DNA of 64,000 bases from Vitrella brassicaformis CCMP3155 (taxonomy: Eukaryota; Protista; Chromerida). The translations under genes were made by a program, and so were the position numbers. Positions 38,135 to 48,405 of this stretch are shown here, in pieces (within the stretch, counting starts at the first letter, position 1; every line of letters starts with the position of its first letter). The notes under the pieces were generated by a model, which saw only the letters and a list, made by a program, of their open reading frames with translations, had not been told where the DNA came from and did not search any database. The stretch covers positions 112,044-176,043 of the forward strand of contig CDMY01000185.1 in NCBI GenBank assembly GCA_001179505.1, in the 5' to 3' direction.

Positions 38135-40359
38135 ATGGCGTGCTTCGGCGACGAATACCGGCGTGTGAGGCCCCTTGAGAGGCCGGCGACAGCGTCCGGC
38201 GCTAGAAGAGGCCGCCACAGAAACTGTCAGCCGCTGGGACCTGGGACTTGCCTCAATGACTTCCGCTTCATCACAGGCAGGACACAGAGGAAGGGCCTTG
38301 CGATGAAGGCATATTATGTGTTTGTGCTGCATGTTGTGCAGAGCTTGGTTCGGGGAGCAGTGGCACGGCGTACAAGGTGGGTTTGGCTCTGACTGTCTCG
38401 AGCTCGTGTGTGATTGTGTGTCGCTCATCTGGCCCCTCTCATGTGGTGCCAGGTGCGCTCATGTCTGGACGGCAATGTGTATGTCATCAAGAGGATTCGA
38501 CTCAGAAGCGAAGAACAGCAGAGGGCAGCCATGAAAGAGGTCGGGCTATCTCCATGTCTCCCCTCGGTCTCATGGACCATCTGTCTCTCATTCTGTGTGT
38601 CTGTTTAGGTTCAGTTGTTGGGCTTGCTGCGACACCGAAACGTCATAGAGTACCACACGAGCTTCGTCGACGACGGGGCCATCTACATCGTGATGGAGTA
38701 CGCCGAGGGCGGCGACATGCAGCAGCTGATTCACTACCACAGGCAACACAAGGCCAGCAGACACACACACGCGCCGGGCTTGCCCGAAGATTTGCTGTGG
38801 AGGTTTGCCGCCCAGATGGCGCTGGCTTTGGATCACCTCCATCGACATGGCATCATCCACAGGTGCCTTTCGCTTCGTTTGTGTGGGTTGATCGATGCGA
38901 CGCGTGTCCGCGGGTGCCTTCTGCAGGGACATCAAGCCTCTGAATGTCTTTCTGGACATCAGCCAGAACATCAAGGCGAGAAAAGGAGAGGAATAAACAG
39001 AGAGGCCTGGGTGCATTCTTCTCATGTCTGCAGATCGGCGACCTGGGCGTGAGCAAGCTGTGTCCAGACCAGGACTTCCTCATGAACCACACACACGTCG
39101 GCACACCCCTGTACCTAGCACCTGAACAAGTGCAGGGCAGATACTATGACGAGAAGGTGAGACAAGACGCCACGCCAATGAACAACTCCGTCGATATCTG
39201 TCTCGGACACGCGCCACATACGCCTGCAGGTAGACATATGGTCCCTGGGATGTCTTCTGTACCTGCTGTCCACGCTCGAGACACCCTTCCAGGGGAGCAA
39301 CCTCTTCTCATTGGGGCAGGCCATCAGCAAGAAGAGACACAAACCCCTGCCTACGTGAGCGAGTGACATTCCACACGAGATTAGCTGATAAACAAACATC
39401 TAGTCCGTCCGATGTGGTTAACGTGTGGACACAGGCAGTACTCGCCTGATTGGTGCGCGATGGTCGATCGCCTGCTGCAAAAGAACCCCTCTGACCGACC
39501 ATCTGCCGTAAGTGAAGTCCTAACATGAAAGGGATCATCCATTTATATATGCGGACGGACGTTGTTCCCTTCCTCAGGCTGACGTTCTCCAGGCCATACC
39601 CCCACATCTTCTCATACAAGTAAGTCCGGCCTGAATGTCCTATGTCTCACTCGCCCGATAATGTCTTCCTGACCTACTTCTGTGTGCTTAACGCAGCTTG
39701 GTGTGGGCCATACATCGCCCAGCCGCCCACCCGCCCGCAGAGGAGGCGCAATCCAGCCTCCGGTGAAGCCAACGCCCACCCGAGGCAGCCACGGCGACAT
39801 CCACCATTCTGCAGACCCATTGGAGGCCGTGCGACGCCCAGCCACACCGGCAGAGAAGGAGCTCCGAAGCGAGCACGACACCATTGCTGTCTCATCCCGA
39901 GCACCAAACTCGGTTGCGTCTTCCCAAAGCCAGAACGACGACAGGAACGGCCGCGACGGCAGCAAGCCACACGCATCCCTTGAGGACACTGTCGATGAGG
40001 GGTATCGAGGAGACAGGCTGCCCATGTCTCCCAAACCCGTCATGCAGTCGCCTCAGGGACCGCTCGAGAGAAAAAGAGTCGTCAGTCGGCCCTCCTCCCC
40101 TCCAGGGAGACCTGTGGGCAATGTCGCGTCCCCCTCCTTGCGTCCGATGAGCGCCCACGTCGGCATGGTGCGGATGAAACCGTGTGCAGCCTCGCCCTTC
40201 CTGGCGGCTGCCGCGGCGGATCGGGGCGGGGTGGTGGTGGGCCGCCTTGGGAGGTCATCCTGTGTACAGATGAATGCGAATGTGTGTCCGGGGCATATTC
40301 ATGTCCAGCGTGTCAAGAGACGGCTGACTGTAGAGGACCTGCGAAGGATGGAAGAGTGA
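38135..40359 (+). CDS. NEK: NIMA-related (NEK) serine/threonine kinase with disordered tail
   Basis: FRFIT|ELGSGSSGTAYK|V..YVIK, IVMEYAEGGD, IIH|RDIKPLNVFL, IK|IGDLGVSK, VGTPLYLAPE, YDEK|VDIWSLGC, NPSDRPSA. The 3' end is tentative. Confidence 0.92.
38277..38341 (+). other. GC-AG intron in NEK
   Basis: ACAG|gcagga...gtgcag|AG CTT gives FITELGSGSSG (subdomain I). No GT donor in the required phase. Confidence 0.9.
38976..39033 (+). other. GC-AG intron in NEK
   Basis: ATCAAG|gcgaga...ctgcag|ATCGGC gives NIK|IGDLG. An in-frame TAA occurs before any GT. Confidence 0.93.
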
Positions 40360-40458
40360 AGAAATGGATGGTGAAGTGATTGATGTTCAGCGAGCGCGTT
40401 CTCTGCTCTTTCTGTACAGCTGGCGTGCCGCCTGTTTGCATCTTTCTGTCCGTGTCCG

Positions 40459-41730
40459 TTAGTTACTGTGCGGGGGGCTACAGATCATTTTTCTGCCTGT
40501 GTCTGTCGCATTATCGATCGTTTTCGATGCAAGTCGACGGTCTAGGGAATGAAGTCTGTCGTTGCCCACATGCAGGGAGGGAGAGACGGCGGGGAGGTAG
40601 GGGAGACAGTAACAGGTATTCTCGTGCACGCCTAGTATGGCATCAGATAGGTGCCAAACGCCTGTACACAAGCTCATGACAGACCGAGAAAGGTAAAGAC
40701 AAGGACGCATGATCATGACTGTGTGGTCGTCGTATGTTGACATGCGAGTGTCTTTCGGACGCACCTTGTGGACACGCATGAAGAAGGCTCGTGCCCTCTC
40801 GCGGCGCCTCAAGGGAAGATCACCTGATACAAGGAGACGCAGAACGGTTTGTAAAACAAAAATCCCACGAAGTTTTCCGACCCACCTGGGTCATCCAGCA
40901 CGGTTTTTGTATCGAATCTATCGACTGTTCTGCTGGTGATGGGAAGGGGCGTCAGCAACTTGTTGTCCTGCTGCGGTGAGGTCGGCGCGACCCCCGTCCA
41001 CTCGGGGGCTACAGCACGACACCCTGCAGTCAATACAGTGAGCAAACCACCTTGCAATGTCCCAAATAAAAGAATGCATTCCATTGGATTGCTCATGCAC
41101 GTACGTCTCGCGAGTCGTCTTTTGCTCCGCTGTTCGGCCTTCTTCCTTCTGACGGCTTCCTCTGCGTCTCTTCGCCTGTAAGGCAGCTCAAAGTCCATGG
41201 CCTCCACTGGCCGACGCGCAACACTCATCGGCAGCTTGGACAACTCCAAGCGCAACACAGACACCACCTACATTTTCAGACATGCACCCGGCTGTGTATG
41301 TGGAAGGGGCGGGGACTCCTGCTTTCTCTACTTCGTGGTCTTTCTTCTTTTTCCTTCTGAGGAACCAGGGCACGGCATTCTTGTCGCCCCGTCCTCTCTT
41401 CGGCCGCACCCACTCCTCCTTCGGGTCGTTCCTGCAGCATTGCATTGCCAACCACAACATCCCCACTCGCAGCCACACACGTGCATGTGGACACGAATGC
41501 ACATACCAGCCACTTTCCAGGCCAGAGTAAGGTTCGAATAGACCAGCTGACGTGGTCTCGATGAACAGGTGGCGCTTCCTTCTGTACGTTGATCCGCGAG
41601 CAGACGCACCCGACGAGGCAGCAAGGGCCGCCGGCGGCTGCGGACCCCTGCCAGAGGAGAGGGCAGGCCCAACAGCAGCGGTAGCAGCCAGGGGAACAGG
41701 CCCGGCAGGCTGCTGAGTCAGAGAGAACAT
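40459..41730 (-). CDS. Hypothetical basic protein (several exons, 3' end uncertain)
   Basis: MFSLTQQPAG...LESG|WNDPKEEWVRPKRGRGDKNAVPWFLRRKKKKDHE|VVSVLRLELSKL...RRKKAEQRSKRRLAR, with canonical splice sites on the minus strand. Confidence 0.45.
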
Positions 41731-41772
41731 CGAGAGCACTGGAGTGGGGGCCGTGGGGGCGTGCGCGCTTGC

Positions 41773-43050
41773 ATGATGCGTCTGATCTGCGCGTTCCTCG
41801 CCTCGTGGCCACTGCAAAATGACGCTGTGAAGGCCCTCCTGAACAGCACAGCACTGAAGCTGTTTGGCGGCAGCTCGGTTACGGGTGTCGCAGCGGATGT
41901 CTCAGCCTTCGGTCCAGCTTTCCTTCTCAAGCGCTGCATGGAGGATGCAGGCCTCCTTGAGGATTTGCTCACGCCGGGCGATGAGGGCCACTCCTCGCCC
42001 AGCAAGAGGGTAAGCAGCTCAAGTATGTCTTCCATTGAACGTTGAATGCGTTCATCACCATGCTTTCAGCTGGGAGATTGGTTGACAGGGACAACCAAAG
42101 AAGTGAGAGACAGCATTCAGCCATTCATCGACCAGACAAAGGAGGGGGCAGCTATCGATTATGCGAAATTCGCCTCGCAGCAGCCCAAGACGGCGCCAAA
42201 GGCACAGAACATCTTCAGCGACCAGCTGGGAAAGGACGACACCGCCGACGTCGCAACGATGACCCACGACGCCCGCATTGCCACTGTGGTGCTTGTGGCC
42301 CATGCTTCCTTCCACCACAAGTACCATAACGAAACACAGGGAGGGAGAGTCAATGCGCATCGGTTGCCGATGGTTGGTGCTTGCCTGCAGTGACGAGAAT
42401 CTCGGTCTCATGGTGGGGGTGCCGGTGCCCTGCATGTGGGATGCGTCTGTACGTGTGTTTGGTGAAGAGTATTTCTATGGGCCCGACGGCATCCGTGTCC
42501 ACAACGACAGCGATGGCTTTATGGTCCCTGAAGTCACCATAAAGTTGGGGAAGGCTGACCATGTCTCGCGTGACGACTTCGTCAGGTGCGCTCCACAAGG
42601 GGGCAATCAGGCAATCTTGTTTCTGTCACTTTGTCATATTGCTGTCTCCCTTGCAGGAAGCTGAAAAAGGCCGCGAGAGGCGTCAGGGACAAAGACATCT
42701 CGTTTGATACAGAAAGCTTCGACATCTTTGGGCTCTCGTCGGTAGACTTCGCCATCTATGCGACGCAGCTGCTGGGGGCGGATGAGATTCCCTTCACCGC
42801 TGACACAGCCGACCAAACCGAGCTTCTGCAAAAGGCTCTTGAGGGGACCGACCTGAAAGTTGACCAGTATAAGCCAGCGGTAAGTTGTGTCTCTGGGATG
42901 GATGTCTTATCTCAGTGTGTGTACACACTGCAGGCAAGGAGGGCATGGCTGCGCCATTATGAGGCTGTCGTCAAGAACTGGGGCAGAGGACAAGTCCCAT
43001 GGACAGAAGGCGAGCAATACCTGCACGCACTCGTGTTTGCTCTGCCGTGA
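41773..43050 (+). CDS. DeSI/PPPDE peptidase-fold protein lacking catalytic His and Cys (5 exons)
   Basis: MWDASVRVFGEEYFYGPDGI...TIKLG...SFDIFGLSSVDFAIYATQLLGADEIP aligns to the DeSI WHTS..EFFFG..GI...YNLF..NCNTFS..AQFL.G..IP pattern. Introns are phase-consistent. Confidence 0.7.
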
Positions 43051-43458
43051 GCTTCTCTCCTGTCGGTCTTTTGTCCGTCGGTGTCTCAGATGAATATACC
43101 TTCCCAGGCGGCAACGCTGTATGCTGCAACCAGCCAACACTTGCGTCCACCGTGCTGCTTTCCGCCCTGCTGGTGTTCCTTGCCATGCTGTGAGGGTAAT
43201 TGGCGACGTGTGTGCGTGAGCTGGATGAGTACTCTTTCGACATGTGGCTTTTACGCATAGGACACAGGTTATAGGCGCGAAGCCATGAACGAGGGAAGTG
43301 GTCCCTCATCGTCAAACCCACGCAGCTATCGACATTCAGTGTCAAAGACCACAAAACCGTGGACACAACGGAGACAGCACTACAAAACAACACACACACT
43401 CAGACTTCCTGCCTGCGGTCCTGCATATAGTTGCCGCGCCACGCACTCACGGACCGAG

Positions 43459-44730
43459 TCACGGTCCCTCGTGCATCTTCTTCGCATCGGCGAGCAGAAC
43501 GAGAGTGCAGCGGTGGTAGAGCATGAACTTGAAGCCATCTGTCTCGCCAGTCTTCACCCCCATCGCCTTTCTCACCTTCTCATACACAGCGTCGCACAGC
43601 GCGTCCCCTCTCCCCGCCTCCCTGTCGTTGCACTCGTGCACGGCGCTCCACGTCGATATGTACGCCCGCAGCGTCTCGATGTCAGTCTCCCGCTTGAGAG
43701 TGAACTCGTGCCGCTTCACTGTGTCGAAGTGCTGGTCGAATGGGATGGTCGTGTACCGCTTGTCGACCAGCTCGATTCGCCGCCAATCCCACGGGAGCGA
43801 GTGGAAAAAGGCTGAGAAGTGGGCTGAGGCGTCAGGATTGTCGAAGTAGGCGTTCTCGTATGTCCAAACTGAACCACACACACACACACAGACAGACAGA
43901 CAGACAGACAGACAGAGAGAGAGAGAGTGGGAGAGGGAGAGAGAGAGAGAGAGAGTGGGAGAGGGGGAGAGAGAGAGAGAGAGAGAGTGGGTGGGAGAGG
44001 GAGAGAGAGTGGGAGAGGGAGAGAGAGAGAGAGAGAGTGGGAGAGGGGGAGAGAGAGAGAGAGAGAGAGTGGGAGACAGAGAGAGAGAGAGTGGGAGAGG
44101 GAGAGAGAGAGAGAGAGAGGGAGAGGTGAAGTCAACGAAGTGACCAGAATCGGCACGGCAATCTCACCTGCCACCACGCCGGTTGGCCGGAGCACTCGAC
44201 GACATTCCCTGAAGAATGCAGGCAGGTCGAACCAGTGGGCCGCCTGCGCCGCCGTCACAAGATCAACGCTCCCATCGCTCGCTGGCAGGCTCTCGGCTGC
44301 ACCTGACAGAAGAAAGGCAGCAAACACAGACAGTCATCAGACACTCAATAATTACAACGATTACATTGCAATGCACACGTTCACTCACCGACATGGTACT
44401 TCACTCTCGGATGCGCCGCGGCGTGGTCGAGCTGCGATTGGCTCGCGTCGATTCCAATGACGTCGTCGAACCCGTGAGCGAGCCTCGTAGTCACCTGCCC
44501 GTTGCCACATCTGCAGATCGAAGCGACACAGATCAGAGTGAATGAACTGCTGTGCTTGTGTGTTGTGTTTGTGCCATCCTCACCCACCCGACATCAATGG
44601 CGAGTCTCGTTTGGCCGCCTGCCTGCCTGATGAACCCCAGTATGGTTTCGTAGAGCTGCTGCGGATAGGTGGGACGGGTCGACGCGTACGCGTGAGAGTT
44701 GAAGCCGGCCTTTGCGAAATGGTGTGCCAT
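43459..44730 (-). CDS. Class I SAM-dependent methyltransferase (Methyltransf_11 type, 4 exons)
   Basis: YASTRPTYPQQLY, AIDVG|CGNGQ (motif I), VIGIDASQSQL, AESLPASDGSVDLVTAAQAAHWFD, RVLRPTGVVA|VWTY. Confidence 0.93.
43876..44125. repeat. Intronic (CA)n-(GACA)n-(GA/GGGA)n compound microsatellite
   Basis: About 210 bp almost pure purine tract built from variants of GAGAGAGAGAGTGGGAGAGGG. Confidence 0.9.
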
Positions 44731-44826
44731 CAGTTTCGGGGAATGGCGTTAGGGCCTAGCGTGAAACCGCTGCCGGGCTGGGAAGAGAAACGGGAGGAGG
44801 GACAGGAGAGTGGATTCGAGTCGGCC

Positions 44827-45705
44827 ATGTCGGTGCACCGTGAGTTGTCGAAGGTGTTTGCGGCGACGACCAGGAAGTGTGCGGTGCCGCTGACGTACAC
44901 GCGTGAGGAGCTGACGCCCTTCCAGGCGTTCTGCCGCCGCACCATCTGGCCCGCCTTCATGAAGTTCTACAAGGCGCCCATCGAGCGCTGGGACAACGCA
45001 TTCCTCACACGATATATGAGAGAAAGGGGTGAGTGAGTGACTCAGGGGAGGGGAGGGCAGGGGAGGGTAGGGGAGGGAGGGGCAGCACAGCACTGGTGTG
45101 ATCTCTGCCCGTTTGTGTGTGGCGTGCCGGCGCCCGCCCTGTTTGAATCATTGGCTCGCTCGTTCAGGCATGATGTACGATGACCACATGCGGCCTCAGG
45201 AGCCGATCGTGGAGCGTGCCCTGGAGCTGCTGCCACCCGATCTGATGCAGGCGCGCTACCGGCGTCTGATGCGCGTGGCGTTTGTCGAGTGGACCAAGAC
45301 GCATCTGCCCTACGAGATGCAGAACTACGACCCCTACATCCCTTACATGGCGCCCTACATCGAGGAGGCCAAGTTCCAGGTAAGTATGCTGTGTGTGTGA
45401 CACTCCATGTGGATGGCAGGGAGAGAGTGAGTGAGCTGAGTACGATTGGCTGCTTGCTTGGTCGGTTGGCTGGCCAGATCCAAGAGGAGGAGGAGCTCCT
45501 GGGCTTCCACCCCTGGGACAGAAAGCTCTGGAAGGGTATGTATGTGTCTACGCACCCCATCCACACGAACACACTGTGTGTGTGTTCAGGTGGTGTGACG
45601 GGTCTGGGTGACTTCACCGATGGCGGGCAAATATCGAACATCGGCGCCAACCGCATCCTCATGCACGGCCACCCTGAGTACCACGATATGGGCGAGCGCC
45701 GATGA
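44827..45705 (+). CDS. QCR7: Ubiquinol-cytochrome c reductase subunit 7, apicomplexan-type extended form (4 exons)
   Basis: GMMYDDHM...PIVERALELLPPDL..ARYRRLMR...QNYDPYIPYMAPYIEEAKFQ|IQEEEELLGFHPWDRKL. Confidence 0.9.
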
Positions 45706-46628
45706 GCTAGTTGATCGATCAGATCAAGGACAGAAAGAAATGCCTCACCGCCTCTCCCCTTGACTCACTGCACCGCGCTGCCACGCCACACACATGCCGT
45801 TTTCTGTGGCTTGATTGCATTGCGTGGATGTGTGTGCAAGGGGAGGGGGAGGGGCGGCTTTGAGGCGAGCAGTGCAGTCGTCTTGTGACTGGCGTGGACA
45901 CACATAGCCAATACGTGTGTATGCTGTGTGGGGTGTTGTGCTTGGGGGGGTGAGGGCGACTGACTTAGGTGCGCCAGCTGTAGCACTAATGAGAGAATGC
46001 ACGACTGACTGACTGACTGACAGACAAGGCGAAGAGAAGAGGGGGATATATGGGATTTCGCGTCCGTCGTCTGTGTCTGTCTGACAGACAGGGCTGCTTT
46101 TCCTGTCCTCTGTCTGAGGTGTGGCACGATGGATGGACAGATGCGGTGAAGCTTCTGTCTGTCCACCGACAGACACCGTCGGCAGACGGCCAACAGGGGC
46201 CAGGCAGGCCAGGTCACAGAGAGAGAGGCGGGATATACCATACCTGTGTGTGGACGGTCACTGATTTGATTGACTCTACCGATGTGCCGATCCATGACTC
46301 GCTCGTCGTCTCTTATTCCTTCTTAAGGGGATTTATGAGCCTGGCCTGCGTTGATCAATTCAGTACCATCAGTACGCACGCGTCGTAGCACAGTCACGCC
46401 GCCACGCATGCCGCCCGTCGTTTACACAAACCCAGACAGATTGTCGTACGCGTGTGTTCCAATCTCACACCACCCAAACCAAATGCCAGGAGGCAGTAAA
46501 GTAGCACAGGAAGGACCGACACGCAGGACCACGGACATATGGGCAGCCAGGCAGCCAGGCACACACACACACACACAGACAGAGAGAGAGAGACGCGCAC
46601 ACACACACACACACATTCTCCTTGCCTT

Positions 46629-48373
46629 TCAGTTGTCCCCCTCCCCGGCTGCATCCCTTTCTCCCCCATCCGCCGCCCCCCTCTTCTCGTTGGCCACATG
46701 GTAATGGCTCCCGCTGCTCACACCCCTCAACAGACACTCAAACGCGTCATGCCCACTCTCTTGTTCCCCGTCCATCACCATCATCAGCCGCTCGGGCGAC
46801 TGGACCGGCCGTGTCGGTGCGGGGTAGTGGGGGGGCTCGCAATACCCAGCCACACGCGGCACGCCTTTCGGCCCGCCGATGGACCTGCGGCGATTGGGGG
46901 GCGATAGCTTTTGGCCTTCGGGATGGTCTGGCGGCTCGGGTGACTGGGGGGGCGAGGTGGCGCTGTCGCTCCAGTTGGCGTAGTGGTGGGGCGATGCGGG
47001 CGGGGAGGCATTGAGCGCGTCCTCCCCTCCCTCGAGGTCGACCGCATCGAAGTTGGTGTTGTTGCCCTGCGTGCGACACACAACACAAGCACACGTGAGA
47101 CATATCAACGGGTTCTCTGCATGTGACCTCTGATATCCTGTGTGTGAAGAGAGTCGATCGTGTCTTTGCTGGGATGTTGGCCTTGGGGGAGGGCTCCGGG
47201 GACGGCACAGTCAGCGACGCGCTCGTAGGCGAGGCGGGCAGCACGTGCTGAGATATGTTGAGCAGCGACCCCTGCCTGCCGCCCGTCGTGACGGACCCGG
47301 CAGTCGACCCAAGCCGACGCGGCAACGACGGCACGGCAGTCGTGTTCTCAGATATGGCGAACGAAGCCTTGGATCGGTCAGTTCGGTTCACCGAGAAGGA
47401 GAACGAAAGTCTCCCTCCTGCGCCGGCACCCCCGCCTGCCCGGAACTCCAGCGACGGGATTGCTGACCGCTTTCGCCGCCCAACACGGAAGCCCGATATG
47501 ACCACTTCTGTGTTGGGCGGCGGGGTTTGCTTGTCGGTCACGAAGGTCACCTGGCTGCCCCTTCTTGAAGCTAGAGAGTAGGGGTGCTCTGAGACGAATG
47601 ACTGGCGGCCGGTGGAGATTGGCGGGACGGCCGCATCGCCTTCTGGCTGCTCGGCGGGGTGTGGCGGGGAGGGGTACGGGGCGGAGGGGATGGCGGTATT
47701 GGCGTCGCGGTCCTCCTGCGAGAGGACGGACATGTCGTCGAGATCGACGTTGTACAGCTCCTTAAGCCGGAAACGGAGCTCGTACTCGCCGTCCACACCT
47801 GACACGCCATGCACACATGCACACACACACACAGGAGCGAGCGGTTTGACTCTCTGTTTGCAAGATGTGCCTGTGTCTTCCTTCACAGTGTGCGCGTGCC
47901 TGTGTATGCGGTGATGAGTTTGTCGACTTCGTGCACTTTGTCTGGGGCATGCCTCTTGTAGACCTTCAGCAGCTTCCGCTGCAAAGCAGAGAGGGCAGAA
48001 GGAGATGGAGATACGTCGTTCATGTGCAGAGAGGGAGGGGGACAGACAGCACACCTTGAGGACGAAGTTGAGCCCTTCGCCGAAGTTTTGTTTGAGTGCA
48101 TTGTCGAGCACGTCGGGCTTGGAGCTCAGCTCGTTGACCAGAGCCTGAAGACACTCAGAGAGAGAGAGAGACAGACGGGGAAGTGGACAGGTCATGCGTG
48201 TGATATGATGAATGACCGACCTTGATTCCGTCTTCATCCGCTTCGACGCCCTTGAGCTCAAAGTAGTTGATCAGCATCTGCTGCAGACCTGGTCGATGAA
48301 TGCGGGATTGAGTGCACGCACACACGCAGCCAGCCAGAACAAAAGATGATATGGGAGGCAGTGTTGTCTGAGG

Positions 48374-48405
<32 letters not shown>

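Noticed and set aside
41718-42035. Minus-strand ORF MEDILELL... as first exon, which would need another GC donor
   Set aside because: The plus frame has stronger codon bias and a GTAAGC donor that splices in phase into the DeSI-like exons, so it was not counted as a GC-AG intron.
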